This document shows, one piece after another, positions 1 to 10,477 of a stretch of 64,000 bases of DNA; positions within the stretch are counted from its first letter, which is position 1; every line of letters begins with the position of its first letter. The DNA is taken from positions 1,088,001-1,152,000 of the forward strand of contig CAWDEM010000004.1 of the NCBI GenBank assembly GCA_963801355.1. The letters run 5' to 3'. This DNA comes from Ignavibacteriota bacterium. GTDB lineage: Bacteria > Bacteroidota > Ignavibacteria > UBA10030 > UBA6906. Position numbers and translations under genes: made by a program. Under the pieces are notes generated by a model, which was not told where the DNA came from, searched no databases, and saw only the letters and a program-made list of their open reading frames with translations.

Positions 1-116
1 CGGGGACAATGCTGCTCACGGCGTCTATTCTTGCCCTCATCGGACTGCTTGCGGGATTCTTCCCGGCCCGGCGGGCGGCCTCCACCGATCCGGTCGAGTC
101 CCTGCGGTACGAATAG
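1..116 (+). CDS. ABC transporter permease (FtsX/MacB type), C-terminal fragment
   Basis: Frame 3 reads ...LIGLLAGFFPARRAASTDPVESLRYE*, the typical C-terminus of MacB/FtsX-type permeases; truncated by the window edge. Confidence 0.85.
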   Translation, partial: GTMLLTASILALIGLLAGFFPARRAASTDPVESLRYE

Positions 117-147
117 ACACACTCCTCGCGTGCACACAATCATTCCC

Positions 148-176
148 TTGCATCCTCAACTCTTCATTTGTATCTT
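148..176 (+). promoter_or_regulatory. sigma70-type promoter
   Basis: TTGCAT-17 nt-TATCTT upstream of the TlpA gene. Confidence 0.55.
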
Positions 177-205
177 AGTGTAGTACTTCAATCGAAGAGG
201 AGACA

Positions 206-685
206 ATGAATAGATCGATGCGTGTGATGATGTTCATGATTCTCAGCCTCGCGCTGGCTTCGCTGGCGGTGGCGGCTAATCCCGCACCCAATTTCAAGCT
301 GTCGACGATGGATGGGAAAGTGGTCGAGCTCAAACAGTTGGCGGGGAAGGCCGTTGTCGTGAATTTCTGGGCGACGTGGTGCGGTCCCTGTCGTCGCGAA
401 ATCCCCGGCATGATCAGGGTGTACGAGAAGTATAAGTCCAGGGGACTGGAAATTGTGGGTATCTCCCTCGACCGCGGTGGATGGAAAGACTTGAAGCCCT
501 ACCTCGCCAAGAATCCGATCTCCTATCCCATCGTCGTGGGTGGAGAGACCGAGGTGGAGGCCTACGGCGGTATCGAAGGTATCCCAACGACATTCTTCGT
601 CGACCGCAAGGGCAACATTGTGTCGAAAACCGTGGGATCAATGGAAGAAGCGGACTTTGAGCAGGCCGTGAAGAAGATCCTCTGA
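206..685 (+). CDS. TlpA/ResA-family thiol-disulfide reductase, exported
   Basis: Signal peptide, VNFWATWCGPC motif, cis-Pro loop GIPTTFFVD, SD GAGGAG. Confidence 0.93.
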   Translation: MNRSMRVMMFMILSLALASLAVAANPAPNFKLSTMDGKVVELKQLAGKAVVVNFWATWCGPCRREIPGMIRVYEKYKSRGLEIVGISLDRGGWKDLKPYLAKNPISYPIVVGGETEVEAYGGIEGIPTTFFVDRKGNIVSKTVGSMEEADFEQAVKKIL

Positions 686-726
686 TACCCTGCGTCGGTC
701 CCCGGGACAGACGCGGTGAAATGGAG

Positions 727-762
727 AACCCCTGCCGAGAAGCTCGACAGGGGTTTCTTTTT
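727..762 (+). terminator. intrinsic terminator between convergent genes
   Basis: AACCCCTG.CGAG-AAG-CTCG.CAGGGGTT followed by TCTTTTT. Confidence 0.7.
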
Positions 763-807
763 GTACCCTGCATCCCTGGTGCGCGTTCGCCGGGGACTAT
801 TCCTGCC

Positions 808-3189
808 TCAGCACTTGCTCCATCCGCAATTGTAGCACACCACGCATCCCGTGACATGCTCCACATTGCTTCCGCATTCCGGGCATGTCATGTTCGTCAC
901 CGGATGTGCCGAGGCTACATGAATATGCGGGGACACTTTGCCCGCTGACGGTTTGTGTCCAAGCCTGGCAGACAAGCTCTCGTCGCGGCTGTCTAGGTAG
1001 CGCTCGAGCACCTTGCCGATTGCATCCGGAGTTGAAAACACCTGTCCTCCCTGGCCGTCCCATACCGGCGTTGGCCCGGAAATTCCCTTGAGTTGCTTCA
1101 CGATCTCACGGGGCTGCACACCCGAACGGAGCGAAAGAGAAATCAATCTGCTGATGGCTTCCGATTGCGCGGCGGCGTTCCCTCCGGCCTTCCCGATCGT
1201 CGTAAAGACTTCGCACAGACCCTCTTCGTCCTCATTAATGGTGACGTAGAGGTAACCTTCGCCGGTCTTCACACGTTCGGTAATGCCGACGGTGCGGTGA
1301 GGACGCTGGCGCGGGCCCTTCGCGTGTCTGGCCTCAGGCCGAGATGCAGGAGCGGCAGACTGTTTCTTCGCGTAGTCTTCTGTCTGCAGTATTCCTTCTC
1401 TGCTTCCTTCGCGGTAGACCGTGATACCCTTGAGACCGGCCTTGTATGCAGCCATGTAAATGTCCGCTACCGTGTCCACGGTGACGTTTTCCGCGAGGTT
1501 CACGGTGGAGGAAATGCTGCTATCCACATACTTCTGGATCACGCCCTGCATCTTCACACGGAAGAAGGGATCGATATCGTGGGCGGTGACCACGTAGTCC
1601 GGGAGACTCACGTCGTCACCGAAGAGCCTTTTGACCAGGGGATGATAGACTTTGTACTCCGAGAATGATTCACCGTCGGCGTTTTTGACGCGGCGACGGT
1701 AGCTGGTGCAAAAGATCGGTTCAATGCCGGAGCTGGTCTGGGCCACAATGGAGCCGGTGCCGACCGGAGGGACCGTGAGGACGGTACTGTTCCGGATGCC
1801 GTGATTCTTGATCTCTTCGCGAATATCGGCCGGCAGGGAGGCGACAAACTTGCTGCGGGAATACCCTTCCCATCGAAAGAGGGGGAACACCCCTTTTTCG
1901 CGTCCCAGCGCAATGGACGTCCGGTATGCCTCGTCCCTGATAGTCTTCATGATGCGGTCTGTCGCATCAAGTGCTCCCGGTGAATCATAGCGGATCTTCA
2001 TGAGCAGAAGAGCATCGGCAAGGCCCGTTATACCGAGTCCGATCCGCCGGTCGGATGCAACGGCCTTTCTGATCTTCTCCAGCGCATGGTTGTTCATGTT
2101 GTAGTCTATGATATCGTCCATGAACCGGGTGGCGATACGGGTGACCTCCGCCAGGCGCTCGTACTCGAATTTCCCTTCTGCATCGACAAACTTTGCCAGG
2201 TTGATGTTGCCCAGATTGCATGCGGTATACGCTGCCAGGGGTTGTTCGCCGCACGGGTTCGTGCTGGCGAGTGGATTGGCATACTCCACATTGTGGTAAT
2301 CCCGCATCGTATCCCAGAAAATGATCCCGGGCTCCGCGGATGCGTGTGCATTCTTGATAATCTTGTGCCAGAGTTCGCGGGCGTTGACCGTGCGGTAGGT
2401 TTTGCCGTTCCAGCGCAGGTTGAAAGGACTGTCGGAGCTTACCGCATGCATGAATTCGTGGGTAATGAGCACGCTGATATTCGCATACTGGACCTTGAGC
2501 CGCCGCGGGTCGTTCTTGATCGTGATGAAGTGCTCAATGTCCGGATGATCGACCCGCATGGTCAGCATCAGTGCACCCCGCCGTCCCGCCTGCGACACCG
2601 TGTTGGTGCTTTCGCTGAAAAGGTTCATGAAGGCGGTGGCACCTGGCGAGTGGTCAATGGTCGCATTGACCGGCGCACCCTCCGGGCGAAGCACGGAGAG
2701 ATCAGTGCCGACGCCGCCACCGGTGCGGTAGACCATGGCGGACTCGGCGATGCATTGATAGATGCCTTCGAGGCTGTCTTCCTGGATGGGGACGACGTAA
2801 CAGTTGGAAAGGGTGGGACGGCGCCTGGCATCTTCACGGCCCGCGCCGTGCATGACGCGGCCTCCAGGAACAAATGTGAAGTCAAAGAGAATTTCCAGAA
2901 ACCGGTTGTGCCAGAATTCCTGGTTCTCCTTTTCCACAGATGACACCGCACGGGCAATACGGTTCCACATGTGCATCGGCCCCTGTTCGCTCGGTGCGAG
3001 GTACTTCGACCGCAGCACATCCCCGGCGAGTTCGTTGTCGCCATAGTAGTCGCGACAATCCAATGCAAGGTCCATCACTGCTTCATTCATCACCACCGGA
3101 CTGTTTTCCGGCCGGGGGGTTGAAGTCTGCTGTTGTGTGGAGACTTCTGTTGTGGTTTCCTTGCGGGGCATGCTCGTGGACTCCATCAT
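808..3189 (-). CDS. nrdJ: adenosylcobalamin-dependent (class II) ribonucleotide reductase with C-terminal TSCPD and Zn-ribbon
   Basis: PGGR, LSNCYV, GGGVG, RRGA, TNPCGEQPL, ACNLG, PVGTGS and KGITVYR motifs; C-terminal CPECG...CVVCYNCGWSKC. Confidence 0.95.
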   Translation of the reverse strand: MMESTSMPRKETTTEVSTQQQTSTPRPENSPVVMNEAVMDLALDCRDYYGDNELAGDVLRSKYLAPSEQGPMHMWNRIARAVSSVEKENQEFWHNRFLEILFDFTFVPGGRVMHGAGREDARRRPTLSNCYVVPIQEDSLEGIYQCIAESAMVYRTGGGVGTDLSVLRPEGAPVNATIDHSPGATAFMNLFSESTNTVSQAGRRGALMLTMRVDHPDIEHFITIKNDPRRLKVQYANISVLITHEFMHAVSSDSPFNLRWNGKTYRTVNARELWHKIIKNAHASAEPGIIFWDTMRDYHNVEYANPLASTNPCGEQPLAAYTACNLGNINLAKFVDAEGKFEYERLAEVTRIATRFMDDIIDYNMNNHALEKIRKAVASDRRIGLGITGLADALLLMKIRYDSPGALDATDRIMKTIRDEAYRTSIALGREKGVFPLFRWEGYSRSKFVASLPADIREEIKNHGIRNSTVLTVPPVGTGSIVAQTSSGIEPIFCTSYRRRVKNADGESFSEYKVYHPLVKRLFGDDVSLPDYVVTAHDIDPFFRVKMQGVIQKYVDSSISSTVNLAENVTVDTVADIYMAAYKAGLKGITVYREGSREGILQTEDYAKKQSAAPASRPEARHAKGPRQRPHRTVGITERVKTGEGYLYVTINEDEEGLCEVFTTIGKAGGNAAAQSEAISRLISLSLRSGVQPREIVKQLKGISGPTPVWDGQGGQVFSTPDAIGKVLERYLDSRDESLSARLGHKPSAGKVSPHIHVASAHPVTNMTCPECGSNVEHVTGCVVCYNCGWSKC

Positions 3190-3214
3190 GATAACCTGCT
3201 TATCGAGACACAGT

Positions 3215-3244
3215 AAAAGAACCTGACAGGCCGCCGGTAGGTTC
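3215..3244 (-). terminator. terminator-like hairpin inside the nrdJ leader (possible attenuator)
   Basis: Minus strand GAACCU-AC.GG-CGG-CC.GU.AGGUUC-UUUU, about 25 nt before the nrdJ start. Confidence 0.55.
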
Positions 3245-3452
3245 CGGGGGCGTGTCTTTCGACCGCTCTACATCGTCAGTGTGGTTCGCCGGGGTTGTGG
3301 GGTTCTTGCCGTGAGAACTCGGCGAGTCTCCGGTCTGTCCGTCCCTCCTGCCAAGTTCCAGGTCCCCGGCAAGGCGTGTACCATAATGAACAGTAAGGAC
3401 TTCCGACATTCGGCTGCCACAGAAGGCGAACAACAGTCGAGTCGTGGCGAAA

Positions 3453-3481
3453 AATATAGCATGTTGTCGTAGAGAAGTCAA
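3453..3481 (-). promoter_or_regulatory. sigma70-type promoter of nrdJ
   Basis: Minus strand TTGACT-17 nt-TATATT. Confidence 0.7.
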
Positions 3482-3607
3482 GTTAATTTTTCGGCAAGTG
3501 CTCGATCTCTATGTCAATGCTGAAGTTTTGCCCAAAGAATTTTCGCGCAGAATTATTCTATGAGCGCACAGTGCGTGAGAATATCTGAGCGAATCTTCAC
3601 TCAGTCC

Positions 3608-3636
3608 TTGCTTTTCAACTTTCGCTGAGGTATCAT
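3608..3636 (+). promoter_or_regulatory. sigma70-type promoter
   Basis: TTGCTT-17 nt-TATCAT. Confidence 0.55.
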
Positions 3637-3681
3637 TCGACACTTCAACCCTTCACGTCCCCTGTTAACCAGGATCACCCC

Positions 3682-5499
3682 ATGTCTCTTGCAGTCGATT
3701 TTGCTACCATCCCTGAAATGTTCTGGCGCCTGACGGAAAAATTCTCAGGCGAACACCGACCACTGCTCATGCACAAGGTGGATGACACATACAGGGGAAT
3801 CAGCTACGCTGACGTCCGAAGCCGCGTTGAGCTGTTCGCATTCGGGCTGGCGTCGCTCGGTGTCAAACGCGGCGACCGCGTGGCCATCATCGCGGAAAAC
3901 CGGCCGGAATGGGTCATCAGCGATATGGCCATCGCCTCCATGGGGGCAATCGACGTCCCCGTGTACCCGACAATGACGGCCAAGCAGATCGAGTACATCT
4001 TCAACGATGCCGGCGTGAAGATTGCCATCGTCTCCAACCAGTTCCAGCTGAATAAGGTGATGCGTGTGTATCCCGAGGTCACCACCCTGGAGAAGGTCAT
4101 CCTCATTGCGGAGAAAGGTCCCATCCCCGAACCGGACACCCTCTCGTTCTCGACGGTCATGGACATGGGCAAGGCACTGCGGAAAGAGCAACCCGACCTG
4201 CTTTCAGCATCGATGGCGATGGTGAAGCCCGATGATTTGTTAACCCTTATCTATACTTCGGGTACAACCGGAAATCCCAAAGGGGTCATGCTCACCCATC
4301 AGAACCTCGTCTCGAACGTCAAGGCGGCGGCACAGGTCATAGAAATTGGAGCAACGGACATCATGCTGTCGTTTCTCCCCCTGAGTCATTCCTTCGAGCG
4401 GATGGCGGGATACTACACAGGGATGTCGTGCGGCGCAACGATTGCCTATGCCGAAAGTGTGGAGACGGTTCGCGATAATATGCTGGAAGTACGGCCTACG
4501 ATCATTACCACCGTCCCCCGGCTCTTTGAGCGGATCTACAGCCGTGTCATGAAGCAGATGGACGCGAGCTCGCCGCTGAAAAAGAAGATCTTCCATTGGG
4601 CCATCGATGTGGGCCGGACATTTGCAGAGGCACACAAACGGGGAAATGTGGGTCCGGGCCTGAAGCTGCGTCACGCCATCGCCGACCGTCTGGTGTACAG
4701 TAAGCTTCGCGAGAAGACAGGAGGGCGCATGAAATTCTTCTGCTCGGGAGGTGCTGCGCTCGGCAAGGAATTTGGTGAGTTCTTTGACGCCGTGGGGCTC
4801 ACGATCATTGAAGGCTACGGACTCACGGAAAGCTCTCCGGTCATCTGCGTGAACCGTCTGCACGACTACAAATTCGGCTCCGTCGGGCCCGCGGTCCCCG
4901 GGGTCGAAGTCCAGATCGCCCCGGATGGCGAAATCCTTGCCCGCGGTCCGAATATCATGAAAGGATACTGGAACAACCCCGAGGCCACCCGTCAGTCCAT
5001 AGACGACGAGGGTTGGCTCCATACCGGGGATATAGGTTTTCTTGATCCCGGGGGATTTCTCCATATTACGGACCGGAAAAAGCATCTGTTCGTCAGTTCG
5101 GGTGGAAAAAATATCGCGCCCCAACCCATCGAAAATCTGTTCCTTTCGAGCAAATACATCGAGCAGTTCATGCTCATCGGTGACCGCCGCATGTTCCTCA
5201 CTGCCTTGATCGTTCCGGATTTTGATGCGCTCCGCGAATTCGCCGACAGCCATAACGTCTCCTACGCTACGAACACTGACCTGACCCGCGATCCGCTCGT
5301 CAACGAGCTGATGGATAAAGAGATCAACAAGATCCAGCGGGACCTGGCAAACTTTGAGCGGGTCCGGCGCTTCACGCTTCTGGAGAAACAGTTCTCTATA
5401 GAAGAAGGGGAGCTGACCCCGACGCAGAAAATCCGCAGGAAGGTGGTCGAAGAGCGGTATGCGCATATTATCAATGGCATGTACGAGGGGATCACCTGA
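3682..5499 (+). CDS. long-chain fatty acid-CoA ligase
   Basis: AMP-binding YTSGTTGNPKG, EGYGLTE, GWLHTGDIG, DRKK...GGKNIAP, GELTPTQK. Confidence 0.93.
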   Translation: MSLAVDFATIPEMFWRLTEKFSGEHRPLLMHKVDDTYRGISYADVRSRVELFAFGLASLGVKRGDRVAIIAENRPEWVISDMAIASMGAIDVPVYPTMTAKQIEYIFNDAGVKIAIVSNQFQLNKVMRVYPEVTTLEKVILIAEKGPIPEPDTLSFSTVMDMGKALRKEQPDLLSASMAMVKPDDLLTLIYTSGTTGNPKGVMLTHQNLVSNVKAAAQVIEIGATDIMLSFLPLSHSFERMAGYYTGMSCGATIAYAESVETVRDNMLEVRPTIITTVPRLFERIYSRVMKQMDASSPLKKKIFHWAIDVGRTFAEAHKRGNVGPGLKLRHAIADRLVYSKLREKTGGRMKFFCSGGAALGKEFGEFFDAVGLTIIEGYGLTESSPVICVNRLHDYKFGSVGPAVPGVEVQIAPDGEILARGPNIMKGYWNNPEATRQSIDDEGWLHTGDIGFLDPGGFLHITDRKKHLFVSSGGKNIAPQPIENLFLSSKYIEQFMLIGDRRMFLTALIVPDFDALREFADSHNVSYATNTDLTRDPLVNELMDKEINKIQRDLANFERVRRFTLLEKQFSIEEGELTPTQKIRRKVVEERYAHIINGMYEGIT

Positions 5500-5504
5500 C
5501 CGCG

Positions 5505-5533
5505 TTGACATTCTAGCCTCTTTTCGGTAACTT
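5505..5533 (+). promoter_or_regulatory. sigma70-type promoter of the nuo operon
   Basis: TTGACA-17 nt-TAACTT. Confidence 0.65.
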
Positions 5534-5618
5534 TTACCACTTGACCGTGCCCGACGCGTTTTCAGCCGGGCACGTTCTTCAAACTTTCCCCCCCGTCACG
5601 GTGTTTGGAAAAGCAGGA

Positions 5619-5975
5619 ATGATCGAACAGTACATCCCCATCGTGATCATGCTCCTGATCGGCGTCATTGCCGGGATCATCTTTACGAATATCAACAAGT
5701 GGCTCGGGCCGCGCAGGCCGACGGAAGAGAAGCTCTCAACCTACGAAAGCGGCATGGAACCGATCCGCACCGCCCGCGAACGGTTTTCGGTAAAGTTCTA
5801 TCTCGTCGCCATGCTCTTCATCGTCTTCGATATCGAGATTGTCTTTCTGTATCCGTGGGCTGTCGTCTTCAGGCGACTTGATGTCGCCGGCATACTGGGT
5901 ATGGGAGTGTTCCTCGTCATACTTGTGCTCGGCCTGGCCTACGAGTGGCGCAAGGGCGGGATGGACTGGCGGTAG
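5619..5975 (+). CDS. nuoA: NADH-quinone oxidoreductase subunit A
   Basis: [28 protein letters not shown]; start moved to ATG 5619. Confidence 0.95.
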   Translation: MIEQYIPIVIMLLIGVIAGIIFTNINKWLGPRRPTEEKLSTYESGMEPIRTARERFSVKFYLVAMLFIVFDIEIVFLYPWAVVFRRLDVAGILGMGVFLVILVLGLAYEWRKGGMDWR

Positions 5976-5988
5976 CAAGGAGAAGGCA

Positions 5989-6507
5989 ATGGGACTGGAG
6001 ACGTTGCACAGTGATGGTTTCTTAACGGCGCGCCTCGACGACGTCATCGCATGGGCCCGCAAGAACTCCCTCTGGCCGATGCCGATGGGGATTTCCTGCT
6101 GTGCCATCGAAATGATGGCTGCTGCGTCCCCCCGTTTTGACATTTCCCGGTTTGGCTCCGAGGTTATGCGTTTCACCCCGCGACAGTGCGACGTCATGAT
6201 CGTCGCAGGTACCGTGACGTACAAAATGGCAAAGGTCGTGCGGAAGATCTACGATCAGATGCCGGAACCCAAGTGGGTCATTTCCATGGGCGCCTGTGCT
6301 TCCTCCGGGGGGATGTTCCGTTCCTATTCGGTGGTGCAGGGGATTGACCAGTTTATGCCCGTGGACGTGTTCGTCGCGGGTTGTCCGCCGCGCCCTGAAG
6401 CCCTCCTGCAATCATTGCTGGAACTCCAGAAAAAGATTGACCGCGAACGCACGTTCGGACTAAGCCCCAGGCATGCGCCGTCGCAAATCGCCGGGTCCAC
6501 CCCATGA
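5989..6507 (+). CDS. nuoB: NADH-quinone oxidoreductase subunit B
   Basis: [27 protein letters not shown]; start at ATG 5989 after SD AGGAG. Confidence 0.96.
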   Translation: MGLETLHSDGFLTARLDDVIAWARKNSLWPMPMGISCCAIEMMAAASPRFDISRFGSEVMRFTPRQCDVMIVAGTVTYKMAKVVRKIYDQMPEPKWVISMGACASSGGMFRSYSVVQGIDQFMPVDVFVAGCPPRPEALLQSLLELQKKIDRERTFGLSPRHAPSQIAGSTP

Positions 6508-6986
6508 ATGATCAGATAAAGAAAAAGCTCTCTTCTCTCGGCCCCGACGTCGTCACAGCGACGCAGGAATTCCGCGGGGAGTTCACCGTGACGGTCGACC
6601 CGAAAGCAATCGTCAGTGTCTGCACGCTGTTGCGGGACGATGCCGGGCTGGCGTTCGACATGCTTATTGATCTGACCGCAGTCGACCGGTACCGGCCGGA
6701 GGCAAGATTCGAAGTTGTGTATCATCTCTACTCGCTGAAGAACCGCCGTTATCTTGTCATCAAGACTCTTGTCGACGAAGCCCACCCCGAGCTCCCTTCG
6801 GTGACGGCTGTCTGGCCGGCGGCCAACTGGCATGAACGTGAATCGTTCGACATGTTCGGTATCAAATTCTCCGGTCATCCTGATTTGCGCCGGCTGTACA
6901 TGCCCGAAGAGTTCGAGTACTACCCCCTGCGGAAAGATTTCCCGCTCATGGGGATCCCGGACTCGATTCCACTGCCGCGTCGCTGA
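6504..6986 (+). CDS. nuoC: NADH-quinone oxidoreductase subunit C
   Basis: [30 protein letters not shown]. Confidence 0.95.
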   Translation: MNDQIKKKLSSLGPDVVTATQEFRGEFTVTVDPKAIVSVCTLLRDDAGLAFDMLIDLTAVDRYRPEARFEVVYHLYSLKNRRYLVIKTLVDEAHPELPSVTAVWPAANWHERESFDMFGIKFSGHPDLRRLYMPEEFEYYPLRKDFPLMGIPDSIPLPRR

Positions 6987-7026
6987 CACAACGATATGCG
7001 ACTCTTCATTTCAATGGACGATCTCC

Positions 7027-8283
7027 TTGGCAGCACGCTCACTTGAAGAACCCAGGCGGAGCCAGATTCTGGCCGCGCTTGAAGATCAAGACACGACGGT
7101 ACTGATCGCCGATCCGCTGGATAACACCATGGTGTTGAACATGGGTCCCCAGCATCCGGCGACGCACGGTGTGCTGCGTCTGCTCATCAAGCTCGACGGG
7201 GAAACCGTGCTTGCCGCCGTCCCGGAGATCGGCTATCTCCACCGCGGCTATGAGAAGATTGCGGAGAACTGCTCGTACCACGAATTCATTCCGCACACGG
7301 ACCGGCTCGATTACCTTTCACCTATCTCCAACAATGTTGCGTATGTCCTGGCCGTGGAGAAGCTTCTGGGAATCGAATCTCCCCGGCGCGCACAATATAT
7401 CCGGGTGCTGGTCAGCGAGATGTCCAGAATTGCCTCCCACCTCGTGGCGACGGGCAGCATGGCGATGGATGTGGGTGCACTGACGGTGCTGCTCTGGACG
7501 TTCCGCGAACGGGAAAAGATCCTGGATATCTATGACGTGCTGTGCGGGGCACGCTTCACGACAAGCTACACCCGTATCGGCGGATTGCAGCAGGATTGGA
7601 CGGCGCAGACCACGGAGATGCTCCGGCAGTTTCTCGGCGAGTTCGACAAGGACCTCGACGAAGTACAGAACCTCCTGCAGACGAACCGGATATTCATCGA
7701 CCGGTGCGAAAACGTGGGGCACATCTCCAGGGAGGATGCGATTGCGTGCGGGTTGACGGGGCCGATGCTGCGTGCCTCCGGCGTACCGCGGGATCTCCGG
7801 CGTGACGTTCCCTATCTCATGTACCATGAGCTGGATTTTGATGTCATCACCTTCCCCGAAGGCGACGCGCTGGCCCGGTTCTATGTCCGGCTCGCCGAGA
7901 TGCGCGAGAGTGCAAAGATCCTCAGGCAGGCGCTGGCAACGTTGCCCCAGGGCCCGTACAATGCGTTTGCCACGAAACATGTCCTCCCGCCGAAAGAACG
8001 CACCTATACGCGGATGGAAGAGCTGATCCATGATTTCATGCTGGTCAATCTGGGCATTAACCCGCCCGTCGGCGAAGTATATCAGGCCGTGGAGTCATCA
8101 AAAGGAGAGTTGGGGTTCTATATCGTCTCGGACGGGACCGGTCAGCCATGGCGAATGAAGATCCGCACTCCCTCGACATGCAATATCTCCACGCTTCCGT
8201 TGCTGCTCAAAGGCGGCATGATTTCCGACATCGTTGCAGTGATCGGGAGTATGGATCCGGTGATGGGGGAAGCCGATAAATGA
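7027..8283 (+). CDS. nuoD: NADH-quinone oxidoreductase subunit D
   Basis: NMGPQHPATHGVLR, IGYLHRG, DPVMGEADK; the TTG start at 7027 is inferred. Confidence 0.95.
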   Translation: MAARSLEEPRRSQILAALEDQDTTVLIADPLDNTMVLNMGPQHPATHGVLRLLIKLDGETVLAAVPEIGYLHRGYEKIAENCSYHEFIPHTDRLDYLSPISNNVAYVLAVEKLLGIESPRRAQYIRVLVSEMSRIASHLVATGSMAMDVGALTVLLWTFREREKILDIYDVLCGARFTTSYTRIGGLQQDWTAQTTEMLRQFLGEFDKDLDEVQNLLQTNRIFIDRCENVGHISREDAIACGLTGPMLRASGVPRDLRRDVPYLMYHELDFDVITFPEGDALARFYVRLAEMRESAKILRQALATLPQGPYNAFATKHVLPPKERTYTRMEELIHDFMLVNLGINPPVGEVYQAVESSKGELGFYIVSDGTGQPWRMKIRTPSTCNISTLPLLLKGGMISDIVAVIGSMDPVMGEADK

Positions 8284-8305
8284 ACAACACGCACAGAAGT
8301 CACGC

Positions 8306-8794
8306 ATGAGTACGGGCGAAAAAACCATCGGACTCTCCGAAAGCAATCTCCAACGCATTGAAGCGCGCAAGGCGCGCTACCAGCATCCCCAGTCGGTGCT
8401 GCTTGAAGCACTCTGGATGTGGCAGGAGGAACACGGATGGATTTCCGAAGAGGGTATGCGGTACATCGGTGATCTCGTCGGCGTGCCTTACCACCACGTC
8501 CTCGGTGCCGTCACGTTCTATACCATGTTCAACCGGAAGCCGGTGGGGCGGCACAAGCTTGAGGTCTGCACGAATGTCTCGTGCATGCTGCGCAACAGCG
8601 AGAGCATTCTCAAGCACATTGAAGACCGACTGCAGATCAAGACCGGTGAGACCACGAAGGACAACCGCTTCACACTGGTTGAAGCTGAATGCCTCGGTTC
8701 CTGCGGCACCGCACCCGTGATGCAGGTCGGTGATCGCTATTACGAGAACCTGGATGCATCCAAGGTGGACAAGATCCTGGACGACTTGAAATAG
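8306..8794 (+). CDS. nuoE: NADH-quinone oxidoreductase subunit E
   Basis: TFYTMF, CTNVSC...ECLGSC..AP 2Fe-2S motif. Confidence 0.95.
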   Translation: MSTGEKTIGLSESNLQRIEARKARYQHPQSVLLEALWMWQEEHGWISEEGMRYIGDLVGVPYHHVLGAVTFYTMFNRKPVGRHKLEVCTNVSCMLRNSESILKHIEDRLQIKTGETTKDNRFTLVEAECLGSCGTAPVMQVGDRYYENLDASKVDKILDDLK

Positions 8795-8795
8795 T

Positions 8796-10034
8796 ATGGA
8801 ACCATTGCTCCTTCCCCCTATTCCCGGATATCACCGTCTCGACGTTTATGAAGCCCACGGCGGCTATGCAATGCTGAAGAAGGCCCTCGGCATGAAGCCC
8901 CCGGACATCACCAACGAGGTGAAAGCGTCCAGCCTGCGGGGGCGCGGCGGTGCGTGTTTTCCGACCGGCCTGAAGTGGTCGTTTATGCCCCGCGAGTCCT
9001 CGAAGCCGAAATACCTCTGCGTCAACGGTGACGAGAGTGAACCGGGGACGTTCAAAGACCGGCAGATCTTCGAACAAAACCCACACCAGCTGATCGAGGG
9101 GACTGTCATTGCCTGCTATGCGATGGGGATCGGCACGGCGTACCTGTACGTGCGGGGTGAGTACAAACACTGGATCGATCTCGTCCAGAAGGCGGTCGAT
9201 GACGCGTACGCGCACGGTTATCTCGGCCAGAACATACTCGGGTCGGGATTCAGCCTCGAGTTCACGCTTCATCGTGGGGCCGGGGCGTATATCTGCGGCG
9301 AAGAATCGGCCTTGATGAATTCCCTGGAAGGCCAGCGCGGATATCCGCGGGTCAAGCCGCCGTTTCCCGCGCAGAACGGACTCTGGGGTTGTCCCACGAC
9401 GATCAATAACGTGGAAACCATCGCCAACGTCCCGGTGATCCTCCGCATCGGTGCCGAGGCCTATGCAAAAATCGGCGCGCCGCGTCACCCCGGTCCGATT
9501 CTCGTAGGCATCAGCGGACACGTGAACAAGCCCGGCGTCTATGAAATGCCCACAGGCGTTCCCCTTCTTGAGATCATTCACGCGTATGGCGGCGGTGTGC
9601 CGGGGAACAAGAAGATCAAAGCCGTCATCCCCGGCGGATCGTCAACGATGGTCCTCCGGGGCGATTCGCTCGAGGGCGTCTGTATGGACGCCGAAAGCCT
9701 CAAGGCCGCCGGTTCTTCGGTGGGCACAGCGGGCGTGATCGTGATGGATGAGGATACCGACCTTGTGAAAGTGCTCTGGCGCATCTCACAGTTCTACCAT
9801 CATGAGTCGTGCGGCCAGTGCACGCCCTGCCGCGAGGGGACCGGCTGGATGGAGAAGATCCTCAAGCGGTTCGTACACTCCGACGGATCCTATGCGGATA
9901 TCAACCTCTTGCGCGATATCGCCAACAACATTGAAGGCAATACGATCTGCGCGCTCGGCGATGCGGCGGCGTGGCCGGTGCAAAGCATGCTCAAGACATT
10001 CCGCGGGGAATTCGAAAGCCGGGTCACGAAATGA
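8796..10034 (+). CDS. nuoF: NADH-quinone oxidoreductase subunit F
   Basis: [48 protein letters not shown]. Confidence 0.96.
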   Translation: MEPLLLPPIPGYHRLDVYEAHGGYAMLKKALGMKPPDITNEVKASSLRGRGGACFPTGLKWSFMPRESSKPKYLCVNGDESEPGTFKDRQIFEQNPHQLIEGTVIACYAMGIGTAYLYVRGEYKHWIDLVQKAVDDAYAHGYLGQNILGSGFSLEFTLHRGAGAYICGEESALMNSLEGQRGYPRVKPPFPAQNGLWGCPTTINNVETIANVPVILRIGAEAYAKIGAPRHPGPILVGISGHVNKPGVYEMPTGVPLLEIIHAYGGGVPGNKKIKAVIPGGSSTMVLRGDSLEGVCMDAESLKAAGSSVGTAGVIVMDEDTDLVKVLWRISQFYHHESCGQCTPCREGTGWMEKILKRFVHSDGSYADINLLRDIANNIEGNTICALGDAAAWPVQSMLKTFRGEFESRVTK

Positions 10035-10474
10035 AAATCGCGATCACCCGTCTCTCACCCGCTACTTCCGACGTCCCCCTCCCCACGTATGCAACCGACG
10101 GTGCCGCCGGCATGGACGTCCGTGCCGCCGTGGAGCACGACCTGGTGGTCCGGCCCCGGGAAACCGTGCTCGTCCCGACGGGCTTCGCCATGGCCATACC
10201 GCCGGGATTCGAGGCACAGATCCGGCCGCGCAGCGGCCTCGCGATCAAGCATCAGATCGGCATCCTCAACGCCCCCGGTACCATCGATGCGGACTACCGT
10301 GGGGAGGTGCGCATCATTCTGACGAACTTCAGTGAGGTGGACTTCCCCGTGAGGCGCGGTGACCGCATTGCACAGATGGTGATCGCGCCGTACGTCAAAG
10401 CGGAATGGGAGGAATGCCCATCGCTTGATCCGACCGACAGGGGAGACGGCGGTTTCGGCCACACCGGGAGGTAA
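10031..10474 (+). CDS. dut: dUTP diphosphatase
   Basis: [38 protein letters not shown]; ATGA overlap with nuoF. Confidence 0.96.
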   Translation: MKIAITRLSPATSDVPLPTYATDGAAGMDVRAAVEHDLVVRPRETVLVPTGFAMAIPPGFEAQIRPRSGLAIKHQIGILNAPGTIDADYRGEVRIILTNFSEVDFPVRRGDRIAQMVIAPYVKAEWEECPSLDPTDRGDGGFGHTGR

Positions 10475-10477
10475 TCC

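Noticed and set aside
3255-3281. Hammerhead-like CTGACGA...GAAA on the minus strand
   Set aside because: The intervening sequence cannot form stem II, and stems I and III are not evident
3190-3450. Cobalamin riboswitch upstream of nrdJ
   Set aside because: No GGGAA, GCCACTG or B12-box (AGYCAGRAGACC) signature on the minus strand
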